DNA from: a virus
Lineage: Duplodnaviria > Caudoviricetes
DNA length: 64,000 nt
Virus record (IMG/VR): IMGVR_UViG_3300032332_001507
Coordinates: 30,178-94,177 of that record
Direction: 5' to 3' (one strand)
Shown here: positions 10,131-19,626 of the stretch, piece by piece
How the letters are laid out: each line of letters starts with the position of its first letter
Numbering within the stretch: position 1 is the first letter of the stretch
Translations under genes and position numbers: made by a program
The notes under the pieces: generated by a model
What the model was told of the DNA's origin: nothing
Databases searched by the model: none
Seen by the model: only the letters and a program-made list of their open reading frames with translations

Positions 10131-10623
10131 TGGAGAGATAAGTGAAGAGTCAGCTCAAAATATCATTCAACATATAAGTGATATTAATGAAGATGATTTT
10201 GGAAAAGAAGAACGTTTACCCATCCAATTAAAAATTAACAGTATAGGTGGTTCAATGTATGATGGTTTTGCAATTATAGGAGCTATCGAATCATCAGAGA
10301 CTCCAGTTTATACCTACGGTTACGGCGCTATTATGTCAATGGCTCTACCAATTTTGGTATCAGGTGTTAAACGATTTGCTCACCCACTAACAACATTTAT
10401 GTACCATGAGTGTTTAGATACGTTTGGACATTATGAAAAGGTATCTGTATTAAAAGAGAATTTAGAGGAAACAGAACGTGTAATGGATATGTATGATGAT
10501 TATATTTTTAAAAAAACATCGCTCACTAAAAAACAATTAGATAAAGTTAAAAAAGGAAAGTATGATTGGTATTTTGATATTAATGATGCTCTTGAATATA
10601 AAGTAATAGATCAAGTAATATGA
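10093..10623 (+). CDS. clpP: ClpP-like serine protease (S14)
   Basis: INSIGGSMYDGFAI, AIMSMA (catalytic Ser), FMYHE (His), EALEYKVID. Confidence 0.85.
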   Translation: MNKKRVYRNLVLSGEISEESAQNIIQHISDINEDDFGKEERLPIQLKINSIGGSMYDGFAIIGAIESSETPVYTYGYGAIMSMALPILVSGVKRFAHPLTTFMYHECLDTFGHYEKVSVLKENLEETERVMDMYDDYIFKKTSLTKKQLDKVKKGKYDWYFDINDALEYKVIDQVI

Positions 10624-10747
10624 AAAAATCAGATGTAAGCCTACTATTATATATTGTAGGATTAGTAACAGCTTTAGTATTGATGAATGGATGTGTAGCT
10701 AAACATCCCAAATGCGCAGCTTACGATAAAATTAAAACAGTGAAGTA

Positions 10748-11098
10748 ATGAAAAAAATAATGGTTATGTTAATGTGTTTGTTAGCACTGTCTAGTCAAGC
10801 ACAAACAAGACAGCAACGTGGTGCTGCTTTTGATCGAATGAATTCATCTATGAGAGGCAATTATGTTTCAGATGCTGATGTCATGCGACAAGGAGGAATT
10901 GCAGCTGTAATAGCAGGAACAGCAATTATTATTGCTCATCAATTTGAGGGAAATGAGGCTTGGAAATACGCTAAACAGGGCCAATCAGGTTGGTTTTATA
11001 AACCTTACATGAAACAAGGTACTCGTCCATTTATGATTCCAATTGGAGTAACATTTATAATTGGTGGAACCACAACAATAATAAGAAATATAGAATAA
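10748..11098 (+). CDS. Secreted/membrane hypothetical protein
   Basis: Signal peptide ending SQA plus two hydrophobic segments. Confidence 0.55.
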   Translation: MKKIMVMLMCLLALSSQAQTRQQRGAAFDRMNSSMRGNYVSDADVMRQGGIAAVIAGTAIIIAHQFEGNEAWKYAKQGQSGWFYKPYMKQGTRPFMIPIGVTFIIGGTTTIIRNIE

Positions 11099-11101
11099 GT
11101 T

Positions 11102-11590
11102 ATGTATAGAATTAGAATATTTTTTAGACAGTGCCATAATGTGTTAAGATGGCTTCCTATTATTTGGAAAGACAGAGATTGGGATTCTCATTACTTTAAT
11201 GAGATTCTAATTAAGAAACTAGAACATAAACGTGATTTCTTCTTATCAGACAGAGTACATGTCTCTAGAGCTAAAGAAACAGCTGAACAAATTCAAACAG
11301 CAATTGATATGCTTCACAAAACTAAAGACTCTTGGGAATTTTATGAATGTGTACACATGAGAAAAATGGATGCTAAGTGGGGTGAGGGTGTTTTAAGATT
11401 TGTCCCAATTGAAGGAACAGACACTGAAGAAATGTTTATTGATCATGAGGGTGTTAAGACACCTGAAGATGAAAAACAATATCGCGAAGAGTTTAGAGCT
11501 GGAATGATTAAAGCTGAAAAACAATATAAAAAAGATAAACGAGAAGCTTATAAATACTTAGCTGATCATATTGATTATTGGTGGGATTAA
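11102..11590 (+). CDS. Hypothetical phage protein
   Basis: WLPIIWKDRDWD...WWD pattern; tiled ORF. Confidence 0.6.
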   Translation: MYRIRIFFRQCHNVLRWLPIIWKDRDWDSHYFNEILIKKLEHKRDFFLSDRVHVSRAKETAEQIQTAIDMLHKTKDSWEFYECVHMRKMDAKWGEGVLRFVPIEGTDTEEMFIDHEGVKTPEDEKQYREEFRAGMIKAEKQYKKDKREAYKYLADHIDYWWD

Positions 11591-11593
11591 ATT

Positions 11594-11866
11594 ATGGCAA
11601 CACTAGAAACACAATATAAAAACTTTCTTAAAAGTAACCCAACATCAACTCTTACATTTGAGGAGTGGAAAAAGAAATGGGCTGATGATATTAGACCTAT
11701 AATCGAGGAATTAAACAACCTACCTATTGAATGGAAACTATATGAACAATATGCTGAACATTTTGTTGGATATGAAGATATACCTGATTATGAGTGGTTT
11801 AAACATGAATTAAAAAATAATGAAGCATTTAGAGAACGTTATGGGAAAGATAATACTAGAATTTGA
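11594..11866 (+). CDS. Hypothetical protein
   Basis: Tiled ORF. Confidence 0.55.
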   Translation: MATLETQYKNFLKSNPTSTLTFEEWKKKWADDIRPIIEELNNLPIEWKLYEQYAEHFVGYEDIPDYEWFKHELKNNEAFRERYGKDNTRI

Positions 11867-12086
11867 TAGCTTTGAAGAAAAAGCAGATGCTATAGAAGCA
11901 TTGAATGGATGGAAGTACAAAGCACTACTTTGGGAACTTGATCAAAAGCTTCGTAGTGTACATAAATACGGAGGCTCTCTTGATAGTAATGGAGAAGCAA
12001 CTGAGGAAGAAAGAGATATATGTTATAGAGTAAGAGATGTTATCAGACAAATGTTACGAGAAAGTAATTTAGATATAGAATCATGA
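11820..12086 (+). CDS. Hypothetical protein (start may be ATG 11841)
   Basis: Tiled ORF. Confidence 0.55.
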   Translation: MKHLENVMGKIILEFDSFEEKADAIEALNGWKYKALLWELDQKLRSVHKYGGSLDSNGEATEEERDICYRVRDVIRQMLRESNLDIES

Positions 12087-13252
12087 ACAACCTAGATAAA
12101 TCATATCAAGCACTCCTTCAAGATATTCTTGACAATGGAGTAACTAAGAAAGATAGAACAGGAACTGGTACTAAGAGTCTTTTTGGTAGGCAGATTCGTC
12201 ATAATATGAAAGATGGATTTCCACTTCTCACAACCAAGAAAATGGCTTGGAAGCAGATTGTAACTGAGTTGCTATGGTTTCTAAGAGGTGATACCAATAT
12301 CAAATACCTTGTTGATAATGGATGTAATATATGGACAGGGGATGCTCATAAGAATTATTTAAAAGAAAAAGATAAGGTTGGATTAATTGGAATGGATATA
12401 AGAAATTTTCTTATTAACATTGCTAGAGATGATAAGTTTGCTAAGAAGTGGGGTGAGTTAGGTCCTGTGTATGGTAGACAGTGGAGAAACTGGAATGCTA
12501 TATTTGATGGTGGTGTAGACCAAATCGCAAACCTAATCCGTGACCTTAAAACAAACCCAGACTCAAGACGTTTGATGGTTAATGCCTGGAATGTAGGTGA
12601 GATAGACAAAATGGTTCTTCCACCTTGTCATTATGGATTTCAAGTTTATACAAGAGAGTTGGATATTTCTGAAAGATTAGACTTAGCATATAAAACATAC
12701 TCTGTATTTGAACCGAGTGATTTTATTGAGGTTACTCACCAAGAGATTGATAAGTTGTATCCTGTACCTAGTAGAGCAATCTCTTTAATGTGGAATCAAA
12801 GGTCGGTAGATACATTCTTAGGTTTACCATTCAACATTGCAAGTTATGGATTGTTACTTGAAATCATTGCTAAGGAAGTGAATATGATACCTGATGAATT
12901 AATTGGTAACTTAGGTGATGTTCATTTATATAACAACCACATTGAGCAAGCAAAAGAACAAATTGGTAGATTAACATTAGAAGAGAGAAGGGCGATGGTA
13001 ACTCAAGAACAGTTTGATAAGATTTACACAGCGGGAAGTCCTGATAGTTTATCTCATTCTGAAATTGATCAGTTTGGCGTTCCTAGAAGTACAAGAGAAC
13101 CATTTAAGTTACCTAAACTATACATCAATAGTGAGTTTTGGAATCATGAATATCAAACAATAGATGGATGGATTAAAAGTATGGAGATAGGAGATTTTAC
13201 TTTAGATGGATACCAATCACACCCAACAATTAAAGCACCTTTATCGAATTGA
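12083..13252 (+). CDS. thyA: Thymidylate synthase
   Basis: DRTGTGT, PLLTTK, LGPVYG.QW, LPPCH, QRSVD.FLGLPFN, GDVHLY.NH. Confidence 0.97.
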   Translation: MNNLDKSYQALLQDILDNGVTKKDRTGTGTKSLFGRQIRHNMKDGFPLLTTKKMAWKQIVTELLWFLRGDTNIKYLVDNGCNIWTGDAHKNYLKEKDKVGLIGMDIRNFLINIARDDKFAKKWGELGPVYGRQWRNWNAIFDGGVDQIANLIRDLKTNPDSRRLMVNAWNVGEIDKMVLPPCHYGFQVYTRELDISERLDLAYKTYSVFEPSDFIEVTHQEIDKLYPVPSRAISLMWNQRSVDTFLGLPFNIASYGLLLEIIAKEVNMIPDELIGNLGDVHLYNNHIEQAKEQIGRLTLEERRAMVTQEQFDKIYTAGSPDSLSHSEIDQFGVPRSTREPFKLPKLYINSEFWNHEYQTIDGWIKSMEIGDFTLDGYQSHPTIKAPLSN

Positions 13253-13270
13253 TCAATATTTATTAGTATG
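13219..13270 (+). repeat. 52-bp direct repeat copy 1 (thyA 3' end + late promoter + ATG)
   Basis: 49/52 identical to 14656-14707. Confidence 0.9.
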
Positions 13271-13975
13271 ATACATAAATTGGTTACAATAGTGATACCT
13301 TGTAAGAATGAAGAATTATACATTGGTGAAACTTTAAAATCTATATCCAATCAAATTGGAGTTAATAAATTAAGAGTTATTATAGCAGATGCTAAATCAA
13401 CTGATAACACTAGACAAGTAATTACTAAGTGTCAAAAACAATTATCAAATTTAAGAATTGAAATAATTGATGGAGGACCTGTAGCAGTTGGAAGAAATAG
13501 AGGAGCTGAATTAGTAACTACACCTTATGTTCTATTCATAGATGCAGACACTGAATTAATAGAACCAGATATATTATTATCAGCTGTTGATAAATTAGAT
13601 GATTACGAATTAGTGACTTGTAAAGTCACAAGTTCAGTTAATACCTTTAAATCAAAATTAATATTTAAGTCATTTAATATTATAAGAAAATACTTTATGA
13701 CTAAACCCTTTTGTACAGGAGTATTTTTCTTAACCAGCATAGAGTCATTTAAACGATTTGGAAGATTTGATGAGACTGTTACTACTAGTGAAGATTATTT
13801 ATTAAGTCGACAATATCCTTTAAAAGAGTTTTGCATATTACCTAAACATGCTACTCAAGATGATAGACGGTTCAAGTATATGGGGTATAGTAAGTTCTTA
13901 AAAATGATGTTCACAAATTATCTTAATAGAAACAATATTGAATATTTCCGTAGAGATATAAATTACTGGAAATGA
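13268..13975 (+). CDS. Glycosyltransferase family 2
   Basis: IVIPCKNEE, DAKSTDNT, GRNRGA, FIDAD, SED. Confidence 0.9.
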   Translation: MIHKLVTIVIPCKNEELYIGETLKSISNQIGVNKLRVIIADAKSTDNTRQVITKCQKQLSNLRIEIIDGGPVAVGRNRGAELVTTPYVLFIDADTELIEPDILLSAVDKLDDYELVTCKVTSSVNTFKSKLIFKSFNIIRKYFMTKPFCTGVFFLTSIESFKRFGRFDETVTTSEDYLLSRQYPLKEFCILPKHATQDDRRFKYMGYSKFLKMMFTNYLNRNNIEYFRRDINYWK

Positions 13976-14670
13976 AGAAAATTGAAGCTATATTCATATC
14001 TGATGTTCATCTAGGATCAAAAGGAAGCAATGCTGATGAATTATTGGAGGTATTAAAACAATATGAACCAAAATATCTTTTTATTGTTGGTGATTTTATT
14101 GATGGATGGTTATTAAAAAAACGACATTACTGGTCTCAAGACTTTACTAATGTAATTCGTAAAATTTTGTCTTATAGTAAAAATGGAACTAAAGTAGTTT
14201 ATGTGACTGGTAACCATGATGACTTCTTACGCCATTACACCCCAATGTCATTCTCAGAAAACATACAAATAGTTGATGAATATATTTGGAATGATTATTA
14301 TATAGTACATGGTGATCAATTTGATGGTATTGTAAAAATGAAATGGTTGGGTGTGTTAGGATCATGGGGATATGAAGCTGCTATTTGGATTGATAATTTA
14401 TTTAAACGTTTTGGATATAAAAAATCATTGAGTAAATTTCTAAAAAAGAATGTAAAAAACGCTATTAAGTTTATTACAGATTTTGAAAAACAAGCAGCGT
14501 ACCAAGCCAAAATACGTAATTGTCATGGTGTGATAGTAGGACATATCCATACACCTGTTGATATTCATATTAATGATATACATTATTTAAATTGTGGTGA
14601 TTGGATTGAAAATAATAGTTATATAATATATAAAAATAACAAGTTTAAAATAATTACACCCAACAATTAA
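13972..14670 (+). CDS. PlcP/LpxH2-like metallophosphoesterase (putative phospholipase C)
   Basis: FISDVHLG, VGDFIDGW, GNHD, HGDQFD, GHIH, NCGDWIEN. Confidence 0.8.
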   Translation: MKKIEAIFISDVHLGSKGSNADELLEVLKQYEPKYLFIVGDFIDGWLLKKRHYWSQDFTNVIRKILSYSKNGTKVVYVTGNHDDFLRHYTPMSFSENIQIVDEYIWNDYYIVHGDQFDGIVKMKWLGVLGSWGYEAAIWIDNLFKRFGYKKSLSKFLKKNVKNAIKFITDFEKQAAYQAKIRNCHGVIVGHIHTPVDIHINDIHYLNCGDWIENNSYIIYKNNKFKIITPNN

Positions 14671-14707
14671 AGCACCTTTATCTAATTGATCCATATTTAT
14701 TAATATG
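14656..14707 (+). repeat. 52-bp direct repeat copy 2
   Basis: 49/52 identical to 13219-13270; contains ATATTTAT at 14693. Confidence 0.9.
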
Positions 14708-14983
14708 GAAAATGAAACTAAAGTAAGTAGTTATGGTGAAACATTCTTAAGTAAACTTAAAGAACAGTCATTTACTATTATTATTTTAGTTGGTATAATG
14801 TACTATCAAAACACTCTGTTTAATAAGCAGATGGATGAATATAGACAAATGATTAAGGAAAAAGAGGAGTTAGTGCTAAAACTAACTGATGAGGAACGTA
14901 CTCGATTAGTTGAACGTGAGAAGTATTTAATTGGACAACGAGATATGTTTATAGAAGACCTTAAAGAAAGAGCAAACAAATAA
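14705..14983 (+). CDS. Single-TM coiled-coil protein, holin-like
   Basis: One TM segment followed by charged coiled coil; late-type promoter. Confidence 0.4.
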   Translation: MENETKVSSYGETFLSKLKEQSFTIIILVGIMYYQNTLFNKQMDEYRQMIKEKEELVLKLTDEERTRLVEREKYLIGQRDMFIEDLKERANK

Positions 14984-14994
14984 TATTTATTAGT

Positions 14995-15243
14995 ATGAAA
15001 AAATCTGAACTAAAACAATTAATTAAAGAGGCTATTGTTGAAATAGCTAGCCATGATATTGATATGGCTTTAAAATTCATCCAAAATGAATTACCTGGAC
15101 TCGGTGCTAAAAAAGAAGATAACTTTATTATTCTTAGATCCAAACCAGATATAGCTCAATTAAAAGTATTAGCTAAACTTATTAGTGGTAGAAAAATAGG
15201 ACCCCACCCAGAAAAACCAGGGGTAACTAGTATAAAATTTTAA
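14995..15243 (+). CDS. Hypothetical late protein with LKQLIKE N-terminal motif
   Basis: ATATTTAT at 14983; MKKSELKQLIKEAI. Confidence 0.6.
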   Translation: MKKSELKQLIKEAIVEIASHDIDMALKFIQNELPGLGAKKEDNFIILRSKPDIAQLKVLAKLISGRKIGPHPEKPGVTSIKF

Positions 15244-15248
15244 AATAG

Positions 15249-15280
15249 ATAGGTCTTAGGACCTATTTTTATTATATTAT
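15249..15280 (+). terminator. Terminator hairpin overlapping variant early promoter
   Basis: ATAGGTC-TTAG-GACCTAT-TTTT; TAGG-N19-TATATTAT, ATG 4 nt later. Confidence 0.6.
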
Positions 15281-15284
15281 AGTT

Positions 15285-15488
15285 ATGGCAATAGATGAGT
15301 ATTCATCAATATATAGAAACTTATTCAAATCAGTTATGAAAGGAAATTACCAAGTTAGAAACAAACAAACACATGAACTAATCTGTACATGTGAATCACT
15401 ACACAATGCTAACCTAATCAAGCATAGCCTTGAAGATCACCGACCATCCCTAGACTTAGAAATTGTTGATTGTACAATTAGTCTGTAA
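15285..15488 (+). CDS. Hypothetical protein
   Basis: Tiled ORF. Confidence 0.5.
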   Translation: MAIDEYSSIYRNLFKSVMKGNYQVRNKQTHELICTCESLHNANLIKHSLEDHRPSLDLEIVDCTISL

Positions 15489-15958
15489 TGGAATTAATCA
15501 CAACTTACATCTGTAAGAAAGGAGACATTGGTGTTCATGACAACATGTTTGGTGGTACCATTATGTCTTTGATTGATGACGCGGCTGCGGCTTATGTAGC
15601 TCAAATCTGTGACACACAACGAGTTGTAACTCTAAAAATTGATGAATTAGTTTTTAAAAAACCAGTCAAAGTAGGAGCTATTCTTAAAATATATGGTAGT
15701 GTAGTTGAGTTCGGAAATACCTCAGTTACAGTGGAGATAGACGTCAGAAAACATAATGTGTATACAGGCGCCCAAGAAACAGTTACCCACACTAAAATCG
15801 TCTTTGTTCGCATTGATGATGAAGGTAAACCATTACCAATACATCAATTTGTTAAAGAGAGGTATTGGGAGCGAATGAAAATACACGGTAAGGGACTACT
15901 CGATGCTAAGGAGAAAGGTACAGATATTTATAATAAAAAACAACTACTCAATGGCTAA
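15488..15958 (+). CDS. Acyl-CoA thioesterase (hotdog fold, YciA-like)
   Basis: NMFGG..MSLIDDAA, VVT..IDELVFKKPVKVG, GNTS, FVRIDDEGKP. Confidence 0.85.
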   Translation: MELITTYICKKGDIGVHDNMFGGTIMSLIDDAAAAYVAQICDTQRVVTLKIDELVFKKPVKVGAILKIYGSVVEFGNTSVTVEIDVRKHNVYTGAQETVTHTKIVFVRIDDEGKPLPIHQFVKERYWERMKIHGKGLLDAKEKGTDIYNKKQLLNG

Positions 15959-16628
15959 AGACTTTAATGTATATAAATGGCGTCGTAATTATTTAAACGA
16001 AAACGAAGACTTAGAATCACTTAAAAAACTTCCTTTTGACCAAGCTCTTAAAGCGTACTATGGTGAATCAGAACCAACCACAATGGAAAAAGGAATATTT
16101 TTTGATTTATACTACGGTGCTCCTGGTTTAAATGAAGATAGTAATCTTCCTGCTGGTGCTGAAGGTGATCCTAACATATTTGGGGGTAATGAGCCTAGAA
16201 TGCAGAAAGGTAAAGTAGCCTTAGGTAATGTAACTCCGGTTGTTCAACACAGTGGAGAATATTTACTTTTTGATGAAAGTACTAAACATTACATATACAC
16301 TTTAGATGATGCATTTAATAGTATACTTGATACTCTTGAAGATTATCTAGATGTAGCACAAGAAAGATATGAAGACGAAGACGGACCATATTCTTCAGCA
16401 TCTGAAGACTGGAGAGATTATATTAGTGGTGGAGATGTTTTAAAAGCATTAGCTAGCTACATTAATGATGATAAGGCTGATATAGCTTGGAATTTAGATG
16501 AATTTGAAAGTGGAGAGTATCCATTTTTGTTAATCACTAAAGAAAATATGGAAGAAGTAAAACCAGCTGTTCCTTCAAAATTCATTGAAGTAATCCAACG
16601 ACTAAATAATCTACAAGAAGGTAGATAA
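15951..16628 (+). CDS. Acidic hypothetical late protein (start revised to ATG 15951)
   Basis: ATATTTAT at 15924; LNE motifs. Confidence 0.6.
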   Translation: MAKDFNVYKWRRNYLNENEDLESLKKLPFDQALKAYYGESEPTTMEKGIFFDLYYGAPGLNEDSNLPAGAEGDPNIFGGNEPRMQKGKVALGNVTPVVQHSGEYLLFDESTKHYIYTLDDAFNSILDTLEDYLDVAQERYEDEDGPYSSASEDWRDYISGGDVLKALASYINDDKADIAWNLDEFESGEYPFLLITKENMEEVKPAVPSKFIEVIQRLNNLQEGR

Positions 16629-16631
16629 TAT

Positions 16632-16662
16632 TTGGCTTCTTAATTTCTTAGTCGTATCTTTA
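16632..16662 (+). promoter_or_regulatory. Early-type promoter, likely leaderless
   Basis: TTGG-N17-CGTATCTTTA, ATG 4 nt downstream. Confidence 0.75.
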
Positions 16663-16666
16663 CAGC

Positions 16667-17137
16667 ATGAATATTTTCTATATACATGCTGATCCAATTA
16701 TAGCTGCTCAACAGTTAGCTGATGATCACATTCGCAAAATGCAAATCGAATCAGCTCAAATGTGTTGCACAACACATTGGGAGACCGGCTCTGAAGCACC
16801 ATATAAGCGTGCTCACAAAAACCATCCATCAACAATTTGGACTAGACAATCAATCCAACATTATGATTGGTTAGTCGAACACGGTTTAGAAATTTGTCGT
16901 GAGTTTGAATTACGTTATGGTAAAACACATGCCACACAAAAAGTATTAGAGTGGTGTAGAGATAATAGACCAAATTTACCTGACAACGGCTTTACTACTC
17001 CACCAGAGTGTATGCCTGATGAATTCAAAGTAGGAGATACTATTGAATCGTATAAAAATTTTTATATTAATGATAAGGTCAAAATTAAAAAATTAGACTG
17101 GAAGAAAATACCAACCCGTAAACCTGATTGGATATGA
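16667..17137 (+). CDS. Pyrimidine-dimer DNA glycosylase-like family protein
   Basis: MNIFY...DDHIRKMQIESAQM...HKNHPSTIW. Confidence 0.7.
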   Translation: MNIFYIHADPIIAAQQLADDHIRKMQIESAQMCCTTHWETGSEAPYKRAHKNHPSTIWTRQSIQHYDWLVEHGLEICREFELRYGKTHATQKVLEWCRDNRPNLPDNGFTTPPECMPDEFKVGDTIESYKNFYINDKVKIKKLDWKKIPTRKPDWI

Positions 17138-17637
17138 AAAAATTATTAATTATAGCTGGTTGTTTAGTACTATTAAGTGGTACAGTATACAAATCAGTTG
17201 AAAAACCAAGTCACGCTCTTAGAATGTATAGAGCAATTATGTTATATTCGGGGATGTATCAAGTACCCAGACATGTAGCATTTAATATTGCTCATTTAGA
17301 AACAACATATCGAGGACCCCAAGATTCAACTTATAATCCATCTCGAGTATCAAAAATGGGAGCAATGGGCCCAATGCAAATTAGATATAAATATGCTTCT
17401 TATTTTGCAGAACGTAAGGTTACTAAAGATGAATTAAGGGATAGTATTGAGTTTAATGTTAATTTGAGTATGAAAATACTTGCTCAAAACTATAAACGAT
17501 ATAAAAGTTGGGCCAAAGCAGCAGGTGCTTACAATACTGGTAGGCCAATTATAAATCATTATGCTAAAGAAGCAGTTAAGAAAAACTATAAAAGAAATTG
17601 GTTATCTAAAGAAGAAATCGTATATTCACAAAAATAA
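17128..17637 (+). CDS. Lytic transglycosylase (SLT domain) with N-terminal signal/anchor
   Basis: HLET catalytic Glu, GAMGPMQI, AYNTG. Confidence 0.8.
   Translation: MDMKKLLIIAGCLVLLSGTVYKSVEKPSHALRMYRAIMLYSGMYQVPRHVAFNIAHLETTYRGPQDSTYNPSRVSKMGAMGPMQIRYKYASYFAERKVTKDELRDSIEFNVNLSMKILAQNYKRYKSWAKAAGAYNTGRPIINHYAKEAVKKNYKRNWLSKEEIVYSQK
17598..17628 (+). promoter_or_regulatory. Early-type promoter within SLT gene end
   Basis: TTGG-N17-CGTATATTCA. Confidence 0.6.
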
Positions 17638-17642
17638 AAGTT

Positions 17643-17840
17643 ATGAATGATTATTATCTAGAAAAAGCAAAAGACACAGTCTTAAAAAGTACCATCAGTG
17701 AAATTACTGAATTAATTGAGGATTTAGTAAGGGAAATTGAAAAATTAGAGTACGAAAATGAAAAATTCGAAAATCGAATTATTGAGCTTGAAGGAGAACT
17801 CATGGAAAAGGATGAAATGTTGGAAAATTTAAATAAATAA
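17643..17840 (+). CDS. Coiled-coil hypothetical protein
   Basis: Heptad E/L-rich ORF. Confidence 0.55.
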   Translation: MNDYYLEKAKDTVLKSTISEITELIEDLVREIEKLEYENEKFENRIIELEGELMEKDEMLENLNK

Positions 17841-17843
17841 ATT

Positions 17844-18095
17844 ATGGCAGATTTTAGTAAACAATGGGTCGAGTTAAATGACTCGGAAATGGGATGGGAT
17901 TTTGATATTGAAGCGATTGCCGCTGACATGAAACCCGGAACAATCAATCCTTATTACATTTGTGAAGGCTTCGGCTCAGTAGCAATTGGTAAGGATGAAA
18001 ATGGACAAGTACATTTAGCAATAGCAACAGGTGTATTTGGAGATGAGGGACATGAAGTAAATTGGAAAACATTAGAGGAGGTACTACATGGATGA
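17844..18095 (+). CDS. Hypothetical protein
   Basis: Tiled ORF. Confidence 0.55.
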   Translation: MADFSKQWVELNDSEMGWDFDIEAIAADMKPGTINPYYICEGFGSVAIGKDENGQVHLAIATGVFGDEGHEVNWKTLEEVLHG

Positions 18096-18303
18096 TACAT
18101 TAATGTCATTATATGATTACTTAGGTAAAGCAGCTGGATTAAAATTAGGTGAGGAAGTAAATAAAGCAGCTCAATTAAGAGATATACCTCCTTATTTACG
18201 TCAAGTAAGTAATCCAAAATATGAGGGTAAAGTAATGTTATATCCAAAATGGTTTTTAGATGAATTCTTTAAAAAAGAAGATGACGATGAATTACCATTC
18301 TAA
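18088..18303 (+). CDS. Hypothetical phage protein
   Basis: SLYDYLGKAAG...; ends DDELPF. Confidence 0.6.
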   Translation: MDDTLMSLYDYLGKAAGLKLGEEVNKAAQLRDIPPYLRQVSNPKYEGKVMLYPKWFLDEFFKKEDDDELPF

Positions 18304-18335
18304 TATTTATAGGTAAATTATCTATAGATTAAGAG

Positions 18336-18947
18336 ATGACAGATACAATTTGGGTTGCTGTAATAGGGGGTATAATTGGCCCTATTATAGTTCTAACAAG
18401 TAAGTGGTACCTAGACAATAAGTTAGGTAAGAAAAAGAGAGATATGGTTACTGATGCCTTAGAAGTAGGTGAGCAAGTAACAACTAAGTTAGACCAAATA
18501 AGAGAAGATTATGAGGCCGACCGTGTATGGATTAGTCAATTCCATAACGGCGGCCACTTTTATCCTACAGGAAAAAGTATAGCTAAGTTCTCTATATTCT
18601 ATGAAACAGTAACCCCAAGTGCTTCATCACTTCAGTTAACACTTAAAAATATTCCTGTAGCTTTGTTTTCAAAAAGCTTTAATGAATTATCAAGTGAAGG
18701 AGCAATTGCTATTTCTGATTTTGAAGACGAGACTATAGCAACATTTGGATTAAAATATTTTGCAGCCGAGTATGGAACTAAATCTCAATACTTATTTGCT
18801 ATTAAAAACTTTGAAGGTAAATTTATAGCTATTATGGGTGTTGATTACACAACTGAAAAGCATAGATTGAAAGCTAAAGAAATTGAAGACCTTGTTCACA
18901 CTTCCATCGCTCTAGGTGGAGTATTATCTAATCACTTAAAATCATAA
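18336..18947 (+). CDS. N-terminal TM + GAF-like domain protein (holin candidate)
   Basis: One TM; ADRVWISQFHNGG GAF-like segment; ATATTTAT at 18303; next to putative endolysin. Confidence 0.55.
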   Translation: MTDTIWVAVIGGIIGPIIVLTSKWYLDNKLGKKKRDMVTDALEVGEQVTTKLDQIREDYEADRVWISQFHNGGHFYPTGKSIAKFSIFYETVTPSASSLQLTLKNIPVALFSKSFNELSSEGAIAISDFEDETIATFGLKYFAAEYGTKSQYLFAIKNFEGKFIAIMGVDYTTEKHRLKAKEIEDLVHTSIALGGVLSNHLKS

Positions 18948-18952
18948 AACAC

Positions 18953-19543
18953 ATGAATTATTCAAAAGACAAAATTGAATCAGCAGTTAAAGCCAAAGGT
19001 TATGTTTGGTTTGAAGGCGCAAAAGACTTTGACGTTAACATCGTTGGAGTAAGAAACTCAGATACTGGTAATGCAGTTACAAATGTATTTGATGATCGCA
19101 TCACAGTATCGTATAAAGAAAATGGTAACTGGGTTTACAACGAGTGGATCATCACTACTGACCCAGGTAAAAAAGGTGTTATGGAATACCATAACGCAGC
19201 GGGTGTTGCTCGTTTAGTAGAAGGCCAATATCGTGGTTCACACATGTTAGGTTTACATCAAGGTAAATATGAAGCATTAAGACAAAAAGATAATGTTAAA
19301 GTTTATCGTGATGCAAATCGTGATATGAAATATGATGAAAACAAAATCCAAGAAGGTGTATTTGGAATTAACATCCACAAAGCAGGTGAAGATTCAACTT
19401 ATGTTGAAAACTGGTCTGAAGGATGTCAAGTGTTCAAACGTGCTAAAGATTTTAACGCGTTTATGGAAATCATGAGAAAAGCAGCTGCTGTTCATGGTAA
19501 CTCATTTACTTACACTTTGATTGAAAGTGCTGATATAAAATAA
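18953..19543 (+). CDS. Putative endolysin with L,D-transpeptidase-like catalytic motif
   Basis: GINIHKAG...WSEGCQV (H-x14-S-x-GC). Confidence 0.6.
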   Translation: MNYSKDKIESAVKAKGYVWFEGAKDFDVNIVGVRNSDTGNAVTNVFDDRITVSYKENGNWVYNEWIITTDPGKKGVMEYHNAAGVARLVEGQYRGSHMLGLHQGKYEALRQKDNVKVYRDANRDMKYDENKIQEGVFGINIHKAGEDSTYVENWSEGCQVFKRAKDFNAFMEIMRKAAAVHGNSFTYTLIESADIK

Positions 19544-19566
19544 ATTATTTTTAAATATTTTAGTAG

Positions 19567-19602
19567 AAAGTTGGGTCTTCGGACCCTTCTTTCGTATATT
19601 TA
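19567..19602 (+). terminator. Terminator hairpin embedded in early promoter
   Basis: AAAG-TT-GGGTC-TTCG-GACCC-TT-CTTT-CGTATATTTA. Confidence 0.7.
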
Positions 19603-19626
19603 CGGCATAATAATAAAATTAAAGTT

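Noticed and set aside
12083-13252. Intein or intron in the long thyA
   Set aside because: Insertions are short, in frame, and lack splicing motifs (C/S...HN) or endonuclease signatures.
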